A DNA stretch of 64,000 bases, from positions 1,952,001-2,016,000 of the forward strand of contig CAXXVS010000003.1 in the NCBI GenBank assembly GCA_963674755.2. The letters are read 5' to 3'. This document shows, piece after piece, positions 10,571 through 20,507 of this stretch (positions within the stretch are counted from its first letter, which is position 1; every line of letters starts with the position of its first letter). Source of the stretch: Desulfobacterales bacterium (GTDB lineage: Bacteria; Desulfobacterota; Desulfobacteria; Desulfobacterales; UBA5852). The translations under genes were made by a program, and so were the position numbers. Below the pieces are notes generated by a model. It was not told the origin of the DNA. It saw only the letters and a program-made list of their open reading frames with translations, and made no database searches.

Positions 10571-12559
10571 ATGGAATCCGGTCTTGTTGTTGAATATATT
10601 GATAAACAGCGCATCTTGTGTGCTGTCGTTCTCGAAGTCAAGCCGCAACGGCTGCGGCTGTTGACCGAGAATGCCCGCGAGGTCAGCCTGTCGCCTAATC
10701 GCCTGTCCCACCAGAGTTCGGCGCGGCTGGATCTGTCGCTGGGGCGCGACCGGGTTGTGGACACGCTCAAGCAACTTGCCAGCCGCCGCCACGCATTGAT
10801 GCAGGCCATCGATATCCGTGAACTCTGGGAGGTCCTCAATTCCGAACAGGAGTGGATCGACCTGGGAACGATGACGGCCTTCTGTTTTCCCCGCAACGCC
10901 ACCAGCGACCACGAAGCGGCGGTTATCCGCGCTTTTTTCGGCAACCGTCTCTATTTCAAGTTCAAGACCGACGCCTTTTTCCCCCACCCGGAAGATTATG
11001 TCGCGCAGCTGATTGCCCGTGAAGCGGAGGCGGCCCGCCGCCGACAACTCATCCAGGACGGCAGCGCGTGGCTCCAGCGGGCGCTGGCCGACCCCACCCA
11101 GGCCGGAGCCGCCCGGAACGGGGGCCAGGCCGCCGAATTCGCGGAGATTCTAAGATCCTATTGCATTTTGGGCAAAGAAAGCCCGTCCCATGAGATCGGG
11201 CAGGCCATGGCCGCGGTGTGCGGGGTGGAACAGCCGGACGATCTTTTGCCGCAGTTGGTGAAACTGGGCCTGATGGATCGTGATGCGAACATCGAACTCA
11301 TACGGGAAGGCATTCCCGAAGCCTTCCCGGCCGATGTGCTGGCGCAGGCCGGCCGGATGGCCGCGGCCCTGGATTTCGGGGGACCCCGCCGTGATTTGAC
11401 GGATCTGCCCCTGATGACCATCGACGGCCAGTCCACCCTCGATTACGACGATGCCCTGAGCATTCAGGACCTGGGGGATGCCTTTCTGATCGGGGTACAC
11501 ATCGTCGACGTGGCCCAGCTTGTCCGCAAAGGGGACCCCCTCGACCTGGAAGCCCTGGCCCGGGGCAGCTCGATCTATATGCCCGATCACCGGATTCCCA
11601 TGCTGCCGCCGCTGCTCTCCGAAGGGGTTTGCAGCCTCCGGGCCGGGGAGATACGCCCCGCCATATCGACCTTCATCAAAGTTAGCCCCTTCGGCACGAT
11701 TCAATCCTACGATATCTGCGCCAGCAGGATACGGGTCCGCGACCAGCGGACCTACTACGACGTGAACCTGGCAGCGGATGAGGACCCGGATATCGTCACT
11801 TTGCGCCGGATTGCCGAAGCTTTCCGGGAATTCCGCCTGGACCAGGGGGCCGTGCAGATCACCCTCCCGGATGTCAATGTCTGGATCGACGAGGGAGGGC
11901 AGGTCAATCTCAGCCGTCTGAACCGGGAAAGCCCGGCCCGCCTCCTGGTGTCGGAGCTGATGATCATGGCCAACTGGATCATGGCGCGCTTTCTGCGCGA
12001 CAACGGTCTGCCGGCCATCTTCCGCGCCCAGCCCGAACCGAAAGAGCGCCTCTACAAACGCAATGAAGGCACGCTTTTTCAAAATTGGATGCAGCGCCGC
12101 CGCTTGAACCGTTTCGTTCTGGATACCGCGTCCGCGCGTCATTCCGGGTTGGGGCTGGATGCCTACATCACGGCCACGAGTCCCATCCGGAAGTATTTCG
12201 ACCTGATCACCCAGCGTCAGATCCGGGCCGCTTTGGGTTTGGAAACCCCCTACACGGCCGACGAGATCAATGCCTTGATGCAGCAGCTCGATCAGCCCAT
12301 GGCGGCCGTCTCCCGCGTGCAGCACCGTCGGCACCATTACTGGCTGCTGCGCTATCTCGAAAGCCGGGTCGGCGAGAAGACGGAAGCCATTATTTTGCAG
12401 CGGCGCCGGAACGCCTACCAGGTGTTGTTGACGGAGTATATGGTGGAGTGTGATATGCCCTTGAATGCCGGGCGAAGCCTGAAACCCGAAACGGTTGTCG
12501 AGGTAACCCTGCAAAACGTCAACCCCCGCAAGGGGCTGCTGGCCGTCTTTACAGCCTGA
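10571..12559 (+). CDS. RNB-domain exoribonuclease (RNase II/R family)
   Basis: TIDGQSTLDYDDALS catalytic motif; HSGLGLDAY..ATSPIRKY.DL. Confidence 0.92.
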   Translation: MESGLVVEYIDKQRILCAVVLEVKPQRLRLLTENAREVSLSPNRLSHQSSARLDLSLGRDRVVDTLKQLASRRHALMQAIDIRELWEVLNSEQEWIDLGTMTAFCFPRNATSDHEAAVIRAFFGNRLYFKFKTDAFFPHPEDYVAQLIAREAEAARRRQLIQDGSAWLQRALADPTQAGAARNGGQAAEFAEILRSYCILGKESPSHEIGQAMAAVCGVEQPDDLLPQLVKLGLMDRDANIELIREGIPEAFPADVLAQAGRMAAALDFGGPRRDLTDLPLMTIDGQSTLDYDDALSIQDLGDAFLIGVHIVDVAQLVRKGDPLDLEALARGSSIYMPDHRIPMLPPLLSEGVCSLRAGEIRPAISTFIKVSPFGTIQSYDICASRIRVRDQRTYYDVNLAADEDPDIVTLRRIAEAFREFRLDQGAVQITLPDVNVWIDEGGQVNLSRLNRESPARLLVSELMIMANWIMARFLRDNGLPAIFRAQPEPKERLYKRNEGTLFQNWMQRRRLNRFVLDTASARHSGLGLDAYITATSPIRKYFDLITQRQIRAALGLETPYTADEINALMQQLDQPMAAVSRVQHRRHHYWLLRYLESRVGEKTEAIILQRRRNAYQVLLTEYMVECDMPLNAGRSLKPETVVEVTLQNVNPRKGLLAVFTA

Positions 12560-12607
12560 GTCAACCTATGCTGCACGCCGGCCTTTCGCCGTCCTGCCTG
12601 CCGGACC

Positions 12608-12847
12608 TCAGCCGATACGTCCCCGTTGCGCCGCGTAACAGCGCTTTTCGATATAGGCTGCGCTGGCCGCATCATAGATGGCTTCATGCTCGTGAATCAA
12701 CCGTGGACCGCCTTCCCATGCGCCGCAGGCCTCCACGACCGGATCGCCCAGGTTGAACTTGTGGCCGCAGGCCGGGCAGCCTTCGGCATTGAGCTGGTTG
12801 ATCAGGACCAGATCGATGATATGTTTGCCCGGTTGGGATTTCCGCAT
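12608..12847 (-). CDS. Small CPxCG protein, 79 aa
   Basis: MRKSQPG...GCPACGHKF..G.PVVEACG...HEHE...KRC. Confidence 0.7.
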   Translation of the reverse strand: MRKSQPGKHIIDLVLINQLNAEGCPACGHKFNLGDPVVEACGAWEGGPRLIHEHEAIYDAASAAYIEKRCYAAQRGRIG

Positions 12848-13024
12848 GGCGTTGCCCCCGTTTCTCTTTTTTAACATCATCGGAACGTTCGGCCGATGGT
12901 CGGCCAACGGCCGCTGTCGTTCCACGCGCAACCTAGGGCCGGCGCCCCGGACTGTCAACCGGCCGCGACGGCGGCATCGCGGGCGGGGAACTGTTGGCCC
13001 GGCCGCCGGGAAGGAATCAATCTA

Positions 13025-13912
13025 GTGAGAGGTTATGTTTACATCTTTGCGGCGGCCGCGCTCTGGGGACTGATCGGACCCTTTGCCAAGCTGGCCTTTC
13101 AGGAGGGGGTCTCCCCCCTCGAGGTGGCCTTCTGGCGGGCGGTCCTGGCATGGTGTTGTTTCGGGCCCCAGGCGCTGGTGCAGCGGCAGGTCCGGGTGGC
13201 GCTCGCCGATCTGCCGATCCTGGGCCTGTTCAGTCTGACCGGCGTCTTCTTTTTTTACGGTTCTTATCAGTTGGCGGTCCAGCAGGGGGGGGCTGCCCTG
13301 GCGTCGGTTCTGCTCTATACGGCCCCGGCCTGGGTGGCCCTGCTGGCGGCCCTGTTGTTCAAGGAAAAGATGACGCCCATGAAGATGGTGGCCCTGGCGG
13401 CCACCCTGGCGGGGGTGGCGCTGGTCTCGCTGGGCTCCGGTACCGGCCTTGCCGGCGGTGGGGGGAAGACGGCCTCCGCCATATTCTTCGGTTTGGTGGC
13501 GGGTTTCTGTTATTCCCTCTACTACATCTTCGGCAAATACTTCGGCGCCAGGTATTCCGCTGCCACGGTTTTCTTCTATATCCTTCCCATGGGGGCCGTC
13601 TGTCTGATCCCCTGGCTGCACCGGATGCCGCAGTCCGGGACCGCCTGGTGGGCGTTGCTGTGGATCGCCCTGCTGTCCACCTATGGGGCCTACCACTGCT
13701 ACTATGCCGGCCTTAAACACCTCGAAGCGGGGCGGGCGGCCATCGCCGCCACGCTGGAGCCGGTGGTGGCGGCGGTGGTGGCCTTTTGCTGGTGGGGGGA
13801 ATACTTTACGCCGGCGGGCTATATCGGGAGCCTGCTGATTCTGGCGGCGGTCGTTTTGACGATCCGCGATCAATCAGGGGCGGCGCCCCGGGATGGAGAG
13901 GACACCCCATGA
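13025..13912 (+). CDS. EamA/DMT family transporter
   Basis: About 10 hydrophobic segments; LLYTAP and LEPVVA motifs; GTG start after AAGGAA. Confidence 0.88.
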   Translation: MRGYVYIFAAAALWGLIGPFAKLAFQEGVSPLEVAFWRAVLAWCCFGPQALVQRQVRVALADLPILGLFSLTGVFFFYGSYQLAVQQGGAALASVLLYTAPAWVALLAALLFKEKMTPMKMVALAATLAGVALVSLGSGTGLAGGGGKTASAIFFGLVAGFCYSLYYIFGKYFGARYSAATVFFYILPMGAVCLIPWLHRMPQSGTAWWALLWIALLSTYGAYHCYYAGLKHLEAGRAAIAATLEPVVAAVVAFCWWGEYFTPAGYIGSLLILAAVVLTIRDQSGAAPRDGEDTP

Positions 13913-14859
13913 AACAGCTCCTCCATGTTCCGGAAAGCAACGCGTCGCCCGCCGCCCTGTCCCGGGCGACGCTTTACGGGCTGATGGCCCTGCATGTGGG
14001 ATGTGCGTCGGCGACCTATATCTTCGGCAAGGCCGCGGCGGTCGGCTTCGACGATCCCGCCGTCCTGACCCTGCTGCGGTCTTGCGGGGCGGCGGTGCTT
14101 TTTTTGTTGCTGACCGGTACGCTCATTCCGGTTCCCCGTTTCAGACTGAGGGAATGGGGCCATCTTTGCTGGCTGGGTTTTCTGGTAGTGCCGCTAAATC
14201 AGTATTGTTTTCTGCGCGGGCTGCAATACACGGTTCCCAGTCATCCGGCCCTGCTCTATGCGTTGACCCCCCTCGTGGTCCTCCTCCTGGACAGCCTGCG
14301 TCTGAAAAGCATGCCGCCCCCGGCCAAGCTGACCGGTGTTTGCCTGGCCTTGGCGGGGGCCGCCGTTATCCTGCGGCCCTGGGAGCGGGGCGCGGAATTC
14401 AACCGTATCCGGACAGGCGATTTGTGGATATTAGCCGCCGTGCTCAGTTGGGCGATCTACACGATTGCGGCGCGGGAGTTTTGCCGTGCCCACGATCCCC
14501 GGGCGGTGACCGCCTGGAGCCTGATCATCGGGGCCGTGATGACCTTGCCGATCGCGGTAAGTCATCTGATGGCGTTGCCCTTGGCGGCCATCCCGGTCCA
14601 GGCCTGGTTTTCGCTGGCCTGGCTGGCGGTGATCACCAGTGTGGTCATGATGCTGCTGTGGAATGCCATGCTGCACGATTTGGGCCCGGTGGAAGTGGCG
14701 ATTTGCACCAACGCCCAACCCCCCGCCACCGCTCTTCTGACCGCCCTTTTGGCCGGTCTGGGTTGGCTGAGCCGTCAGCAGGACCTGGGACTGCTTTTCT
14801 TTTCCGGGATGGTGCTGGTGATTGCGGGGGTGGTGTTAGTCCAATTCAGACGCGCCTGA
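13909..14859 (+). CDS. EamA/DMT family transporter
   Basis: ATGA overlap with the previous gene; GLQYT, ALTP and GDLWIL..SWAIY motifs. Confidence 0.88.
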   Translation: MKQLLHVPESNASPAALSRATLYGLMALHVGCASATYIFGKAAAVGFDDPAVLTLLRSCGAAVLFLLLTGTLIPVPRFRLREWGHLCWLGFLVVPLNQYCFLRGLQYTVPSHPALLYALTPLVVLLLDSLRLKSMPPPAKLTGVCLALAGAAVILRPWERGAEFNRIRTGDLWILAAVLSWAIYTIAAREFCRAHDPRAVTAWSLIIGAVMTLPIAVSHLMALPLAAIPVQAWFSLAWLAVITSVVMMLLWNAMLHDLGPVEVAICTNAQPPATALLTALLAGLGWLSRQQDLGLLFFSGMVLVIAGVVLVQFRRA

Positions 14860-14861
14860 AA

Positions 14862-15006
14862 CGTGCCAGTCCAGAGGCGGCATCTTTTGGCCCAGCCCGG
14901 CGTTCTCACGTTTTTGCAATCCTCGGCGTAGCACCACTACGCCTGTGGTTCCGAAAACGCTGCGGCCTTGGTCTGAACCAAAATCTACCCCCTCTGAACA
15001 GGCACG
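14862..15006 (+). repeat. ERIC-like long palindromic repeat, family R1, copy A
   Basis: Arms CGTGCCAGTCCAGAGG / CCTCTGAACAGGCACG; core TCCTCGGCGTAGC...CTACGCCTGTGG shared with the 25609 and 51397 copies. Confidence 0.88.
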
Positions 15007-15071
15007 GCCTCAATGTCGGCCCGTTTAGCATTTCAGGATGGCGCACCTCCGTCTGTCATATGAACGCTCGT

Positions 15072-15809
15072 TTATTGCAGGGTTTCTTTTAAAAATTCCA
15101 GGAAACGTCTCCAGGACTTTTGGTCGGCATCTTTCCGGTAGCGGTCGCTGCCGAAGACGGTAAAGGCATGGGGGGCGCCGCCGTAGGTGATCATTTCGTG
15201 GTTGACCCCGTACTGCTCGAATTGATTGGCCAGGGCCGCGAACTGATCCATGGTGATATTGGTGTCGGCCGTGCCGTGCAGGATCAGGTACTTCCCCCTG
15301 GCCTTGGCGTAATCCTGTCCGGCGGGGGTTTCCAGCCCGCCGTGAAAGGTCACAAAGCCTTTCATGTCCGCCCCGGAGCGGGCGTATTCCAGGACAGCGG
15401 CCCCCCCGAAGCAATAGCCCATCACGACGGCATTGCCGATAGCGGCGCCCTGAGCCCGGGCCGCATCCAAGGCCCCCTGGACCAAAGTCCGCATTTTGGC
15501 GCGATCTTGGTACAATTCCCCGGTCTGCTGGCGCTTGTCTTCGATCTTGGTGGGGCGTACCCCGGCCCCGAACAGGTCCGCGGCAAAGACGGCGTAGCCT
15601 TCCGCGGCCAGCATCTCGGCGCGTTTGACTTCATAGTCGGTCAAACCGTCCCAGTCGTGAATCAGCAGCACGAGCGGTGCCTTGGGGGAGGGGCTGACGA
15701 AATAGCCTTCATAGGGTTCGCCGTCGACCGTGTAGGTCACATTCGTGCCGGCGGCGCCGGCGGCGCTTACCATGGCGATGCTCAACATGAAGCTATACAA
15801 GGATTTCAT
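15072..15809 (-). CDS. Exported dienelactone hydrolase family protein
   Basis: Signal-peptide-like N-terminus; HDWDG, GYCFGG nucleophile elbow, HG.AD, HAFT. Confidence 0.9.
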   Translation of the reverse strand: MKSLYSFMLSIAMVSAAGAAGTNVTYTVDGEPYEGYFVSPSPKAPLVLLIHDWDGLTDYEVKRAEMLAAEGYAVFAADLFGAGVRPTKIEDKRQQTGELYQDRAKMRTLVQGALDAARAQGAAIGNAVVMGYCFGGAAVLEYARSGADMKGFVTFHGGLETPAGQDYAKARGKYLILHGTADTNITMDQFAALANQFEQYGVNHEMITYGGAPHAFTVFGSDRYRKDADQKSWRRFLEFLKETLQ

Positions 15810-16029
15810 GGGTTGTCTCCTGAATACGTTGGTGTTGATGTGGGGGTCGGCGCAACGGCGGCCTGCGCAGGGAGGTGCGCCGAAAACCCCCATCCGGCGG
15901 ATTTAGGGAAGTTAGCGCCAAAATGCGTATTGTAAACAGAAGGGGGTGAAGCGGGCGGGACCACCTGAAGCGGTTGGCCCGGCGGCAGGTTCCGCCCGGA
16001 TCGGGGACAAAAGCCTGCCAGCGGCGTCA

Positions 16030-16230
16030 TCAACCGGTTCTGACCGCGATATGGCGGGGGTTCGCTTTTTCAAGCTTGGGCAGGGTCAGCCGCAACGCGC
16101 CGTCGGTGCATTGCGCTGCGATCCGGTCATGATCGGCGGCTTTTGGCAGGGCAAAGCGCCTCGTGTCGCGGCCGGTTTCGAATTCGATCAAAATGCCCGA
16201 TTCTTCGGCATCTTCCCAGGGGCGCTGGCC
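16030..16230 (-). pseudogene. Hsp20/alpha-crystallin C-terminal remnant
   Basis: Hand translation ...IEFETGRDTRRFALPKAADHDRIAAQCTDGALRLTLPKLEKANPRHIAVRTG*; in-frame TAA upstream and no credible start. Confidence 0.75.
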
Positions 16231-16335
16231 TATTATCCTGCCGTGCGGGGCGGAGACGGGGGCATCCCCTATCTCCGCCTTTTTGCGTTATCGCAGGGTG
16301 CCTCCTTTAGCTGAAGGCGGCCCTATATGACGGTG

Positions 16336-16947
16336 TTAACCCGCGAGCCGGGCGGCAATCGATGCTACATGCCGGCCCTGGAAACGGGCGGCTTCGAGCT
16401 CGTTCTCGCTGGGCATGCGTTCGCCGGAACCGCCGGCAATGGTGGTGGCGCCGTAGGGTGAACCGCCGGTGATTTCGTCCGTGCGCATCTGGCCCTGGAA
16501 GGCGTAGGGTAAGCCGACGATCACGAACCCCTGGTGCAGGAGGGTGATGTGGAAGGACAGAATGGTGGACTCCTGACCGCCGTGCTGGGTGTTGCTGGAA
16601 GCGAAGACGCTGCCGACCTTGCCCACCAGGGCCCCCTTGGCCCAGAGCTGGCCGGTGGCATCCAGAAACTGGCGCATCTGGCCGCACATGTTGCCGAAAC
16701 GGGTCGGGGTCCCGAAAATCACGGCATCGGCCTCGGCCAGTTCGTCCACCGTACAGACCGGAATGGGGGCCATGGCTTTCTGGGATTCGACCGCACCCAT
16801 CTTGGCCAGAACATCATCCGGCAGGGTTTCAGGCACCCGCCGCAGGACGGCCTCGGCCCCTTCGACCTGCCGCACGCCCTCGGCAATGGCTTGGGCCATC
16901 TGGTGAATATGGCCGTACAGGGAATAATAGACGATCAATACTTTCAT
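16336..16947 (-). CDS. wrbA: NAD(P)H:quinone oxidoreductase, WrbA family
   Basis: [23 protein letters not shown] and GGSPYGA motifs. Confidence 0.95.
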   Translation of the reverse strand: MKVLIVYYSLYGHIHQMAQAIAEGVRQVEGAEAVLRRVPETLPDDVLAKMGAVESQKAMAPIPVCTVDELAEADAVIFGTPTRFGNMCGQMRQFLDATGQLWAKGALVGKVGSVFASSNTQHGGQESTILSFHITLLHQGFVIVGLPYAFQGQMRTDEITGGSPYGATTIAGGSGERMPSENELEAARFQGRHVASIAARLAG

Positions 16948-17062
16948 GAGGAATCGCTCCTTTTCATTTTCGGTTGTTGTTCAATTCGGGGCGGCCCCGT
17001 TGTCCGAACCGTTGCGGTGTCCGCCGGAGGACGGATCGAAAACCGATAGCCGATAACCGCGC

Positions 17063-17497
17063 TCAGCCGATATCAATGCTCTCCGCGCGATGGCCGATGG
17101 TTTTCAAAAGCCGGACCAATGTCTCACGCTCGGACGGGGTCAAGGCTTCGGTCACCCGTTCCAGATTGGCGGCGTGTTTGGCATAGGCCCTGTCGATAAC
17201 GGGCCGGCCGGTGTCCGTCAGGTGGACATGGCAGCGGCGACCGTCGCTGGCATCCCGCTGACGCCGGACGTAGCCCTTGTGCTCCAGGCGGTTGATGGCC
17301 GCCGTCATCGATCCGCTGGTCAACAGCGCTTTTGCCCCTATGGCCGTGATGGTGAGCGGGCCTTTATGCATGAGGGCCTCCATGATGGTAAATTCGCTGA
17401 GCTGTAAACCCGTGTGAGCGATGCTGGCGCGGTCGATCTTTTCGATCGTTTTGGCGGCCTTCCAGAGCACCAGTCGTATGTGTGCTGCCGTTGTCAT
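17063..17497 (-). CDS. MarR family regulator (MhqR-like)
   Basis: EF..MEAL.HKGPL....IG...LLTSGSMT..INRLE.KGYV.R....D.R. Confidence 0.9.
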   Translation of the reverse strand: MTTAAHIRLVLWKAAKTIEKIDRASIAHTGLQLSEFTIMEALMHKGPLTITAIGAKALLTSGSMTAAINRLEHKGYVRRQRDASDGRRCHVHLTDTGRPVIDRAYAKHAANLERVTEALTPSERETLVRLLKTIGHRAESIDIG

Positions 17498-17503
17498 GAA
17501 GGA

Positions 17504-17535
17504 AAGCTAAGGGGTGTTATCTTGATGTCAAGATA
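17504..17535 (-). promoter_or_regulatory. sigma70-like promoter overlapped by palindromic MarR operator TATCTTGA-tg-TCAAGATA
   Basis: 8-bp inverted repeat at 17518-17535; minus strand TTGACA-16-TAGCTT-6-ATG. Confidence 0.7.
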
Positions 17536-17639
17536 CTTGTGGGGATCGCCCCGCAAGGGCGTTGACTTTTGGCAGGCCGGCCGCTAAGTCGATTTTGTGA
17601 AGCGCCCTCGGGCAGACGAAACGGTCGTCGGTGGGTGCC

Positions 17640-17833
17640 TAACAGGCTGTGGCTAAACGGCGCCCCAGGCCGAAAGGCGGCGTTGTCCCGCGCTGCGGGA
17701 GTTCTCATCTGGTTCTATGGGCTAAGGCGAGTCCCGCCCTCGCGAAACCGCCGCTGCAACCCTGATGGTTGCTGCGCTTTTCGCAGCGCACGGCGCCTTG
17801 CCTTTCGACCTGTTGGTGATCCACAGCCTGCTG
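17640..17833. mobile_element. MITE-like palindromic element, family R3, copy 1 (with 48-bp insert)
   Basis: Ends CAGGCTGTGG / CCACAGCCTG; interior matches 59175-59317. Confidence 0.75.
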
Positions 17834-17867
17834 AGTCCCATTACAAAAAAAGCAGCAGACCTGATTC

Positions 17868-19241
17868 ATGAACTTGAAAGATATCCCCCGGGACCTCCTG
17901 GAAGCATTGCTTGAAAACCCGTACGAGAGCCTCATCCTGATCGATGCGGACGGCATCGTGCGGTACATGAGTTCCTCCAACGAGGGGGTCTATCCCATGC
18001 CGGTCAAGGAGGCCGTCGGCAAGCCTATCCGCGAGGTCAGCCCGCATACCCGGCTGGACCGTGTTCTCAAGACCGGCAGGGCCGAAATCGGCCGCAGCAT
18101 GGTATTGAAGAGTAAGAACCGGGTGATTGCGCGCATTCCCCTCATCCATGACGGACGCATCATCGGGGCGGCCGGCAAGCTGATGTTCATGAGCCCTCAA
18201 AAGCTCAAAGAACTCTACGACCGCATCGAAAACCTGGAAACCAAGATCGACTTCTACCAGAGCGAACTGAACCAGGTTTACGGCGGGCGCTATTCATTTG
18301 AGAGCATCATTGGAACCTCCGAGCCGATTCGAAATGCCAAGGAACTGGCCCGGCAGGCCGCCGCCACGGATGCCGCCGTCATCCTTACGGGCGAGTCCGG
18401 CACCGGCAAGGAACTCTTCGCCCACTCCATCCACCAGGCCAGCCGGCGCCGAGATCAGCATTTCGTCCGCGTCAATTGTGCCGCCATTCCCGCCGACCTG
18501 ATCGAATCGGAGCTGTTCGGCTATGAAGCCGGCGCCTTTACAGGCGCCCGCAAAAAAGGCAAAGCCGGCAAATTCGAGCTGGCCCACAAGGGGACCATCT
18601 TCCTGGATGAAATCGGCGACATGCCCATGACCCTGCAGGTCAAATTGATGCGGGTGCTGGAGGAAAAGGAGGTGGAGCGCATCGGATCGCGCAGACCCAA
18701 ACCGATCGATTTTCGCGTCGTCAGTGCCACCAACCGGGACCTGAAAAAGCTGATCGACAAGCAGGCCTTCCGGCTGGACCTCTACTACCGCCTCAACGTC
18801 GTCCATATTCACCTGCCCGCCCTGCGGGAAATTCGCGCCGATATTCCCGCCATCTTCCACCATTTCTTCGACCGCCTGTCCGTCGGAAAGAAGCCGCGAA
18901 TCCGAACCGTTGCGCCGGATGCCCTGGCGGCGATGCAGCAGTATGTCTGGCCCGGAAACATCAGGGAACTGCGCAACGTGGTGGAGCGGGCCATGATCGT
19001 CTGCCGGGGCGAGGCCATTACGCGGTCCGACCTGCCTCTCGAAAAGAGCGTGGCGCCGGACGTGCCCGCCTTCACCGACGGAGTGCTCCCTTCCCTGAAG
19101 CAGTTGCTGCAGGAAACCGAGCGGCAGGCCATCCTTGCCGCCCTCGAGCATACCGGCAACAACAGGGCCGAGGCGGCCAAGATTCTGGGCATTCATCGCA
19201 CCGGCCTTTACCAGAAAATGAAAAAACACGGCATCCCCTGA
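17868..19241 (+). CDS. PAS-domain sigma54-dependent activator
   Basis: N-terminal [30 protein letters not shown]-terminal Fis-type HTH. Confidence 0.95.
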   Translation: MNLKDIPRDLLEALLENPYESLILIDADGIVRYMSSSNEGVYPMPVKEAVGKPIREVSPHTRLDRVLKTGRAEIGRSMVLKSKNRVIARIPLIHDGRIIGAAGKLMFMSPQKLKELYDRIENLETKIDFYQSELNQVYGGRYSFESIIGTSEPIRNAKELARQAAATDAAVILTGESGTGKELFAHSIHQASRRRDQHFVRVNCAAIPADLIESELFGYEAGAFTGARKKGKAGKFELAHKGTIFLDEIGDMPMTLQVKLMRVLEEKEVERIGSRRPKPIDFRVVSATNRDLKKLIDKQAFRLDLYYRLNVVHIHLPALREIRADIPAIFHHFFDRLSVGKKPRIRTVAPDALAAMQQYVWPGNIRELRNVVERAMIVCRGEAITRSDLPLEKSVAPDVPAFTDGVLPSLKQLLQETERQAILAALEHTGNNRAEAAKILGIHRTGLYQKMKKHGIP

Positions 19242-19305
19242 GCGGGAACCGGAAATGCCGTCCCCCCCTCCGTATAGGGGTATTCAATGAATAACCTTCG
19301 ATACA

Positions 19306-19394
19306 TGTATATAGTCTTCTACAATCAGATGAATTATTCATAATATCAGACTATTGTGTCTGATATGCGCTGGGGTTGTAGAAGCTTGCCGACA
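19306..19394. promoter_or_regulatory. Candidate upstream activator sequences
   Basis: TGT-N12-ACA boxes at 19306-19323 and 19377-19394 flank the palindrome ATATCAGAC-N6-GTCTGATAT (19343-19366). Confidence 0.6.
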
Positions 19395-19495
19395 ATGCCC
19401 TCCCCCGATGACTATCGGCCCGCATTGTTTTCGAGTAAAATTAACCCGATAAAATTACAGATAAATACAGCTTCTGTGGTAGGCGTCAGGCGTGC

Positions 19496-19511
19496 TGGCA
19501 GAGTTGTTGCA
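19496..19511 (+). promoter_or_regulatory. sigma54 (-24/-12) promoter
   Basis: TGGCAG-AGTTG-TTGCA, just downstream of an activator gene. Confidence 0.8.
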
Positions 19512-19611
19512 AATTGACGATCGAGAATGGTCGTTCCCTTCACCGGCTCTACAAAAACTTCCGTTGACCGATGGTCATGCGCAGGATGGGCTGCGCCCGA
19601 GGAGGCTCCTA

Positions 19612-20487
19612 ATGGGAATCAATTATGTATTGGTGGTGGGCTCAGGGTTAATGGGCAGCGGCATTGCGCAGGTGTGCGCCCAGGCCGGAATCCGGGTCGT
19701 CCTGAACGATGTGTCCGAAGAGACGCTGGAACGCGCGATCGGGAATATTGCCTGGTCGGTGGGCAAATTCGTCGAGAAGGGCAAGCTTCAGGAGAAGAGC
19801 GAGGTCATCATGGACCGGATCGCGACGAGGACCAGCCTGGATGACATCGGCCCCGTCGATCTGGCCATCGAGGCGGTGTTCGAAAAAATAGAAGTGAAGC
19901 ACGAGATTTTCAGGAAGCTGGACCAGGTCCTGCCGCCGGAGGCCATGATCGCCTCCAATACGTCGGCGATTCCCATTACCGAACTGGCGGCGGTCACCGA
20001 CCGGCCCGCCCATGTTCTGGGCCTTCATTTTTTTAGTCCGGTGCCGATGATGGTCGCCGTGGAAGTCATCCGGGGAATCGCCACCAGCGATGCCACGGCC
20101 GAGGCCGGGCGCCGGTTTGCCGGCCAGATCGGCAAGGAGCCCATCATGGTCAACCGCGACGTGGCCGGGTTCGTGATCAACCGCATCAATTTCCCTTCGA
20201 TCATCGAGGCCATGAATCTGGTGGAAGCCGGGGTGGCCACGGTCGAAGACATCGACAAGGGGCTGCGCCTGGCCTCCGGCCGCAAGATGGGCATCTTCGA
20301 GACCGGCGACATGGTGGGCCTGGACGTGACCTACGGCGGCATGACGGCCATGTATAACGAAACCGGAGACCCCCGCTTCTATCCACCCCTGCTCCTGCGG
20401 CGCAAGGTCAAGGCCGGCCATCTGGGCCGCAAGACCGGCCGGGGCTGGTACCGCTACGATGAAAACGGCAACCGCATCAAAAACTGA
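19612..20487 (+). CDS. 3-hydroxyacyl-CoA dehydrogenase
   Basis: GSGLMGSG, IEAVFE, SNTSAI, HFFSP, G.KTG.GWY; start chosen after GGAGG. Confidence 0.93.
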   Translation: MGINYVLVVGSGLMGSGIAQVCAQAGIRVVLNDVSEETLERAIGNIAWSVGKFVEKGKLQEKSEVIMDRIATRTSLDDIGPVDLAIEAVFEKIEVKHEIFRKLDQVLPPEAMIASNTSAIPITELAAVTDRPAHVLGLHFFSPVPMMVAVEVIRGIATSDATAEAGRRFAGQIGKEPIMVNRDVAGFVINRINFPSIIEAMNLVEAGVATVEDIDKGLRLASGRKMGIFETGDMVGLDVTYGGMTAMYNETGDPRFYPPLLLRRKVKAGHLGRKTGRGWYRYDENGNRIKN

Positions 20488-20507
20488 CCGCCACGGGAGA
20501 GCCGCGC

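Noticed and set aside
14862..15006. R1/R2/R3 repeats as tRNAs, riboswitches or CRISPR arrays
   Set aside because: No cloverleaf or T-loop, located 3' of genes, and dispersed rather than regularly spaced.
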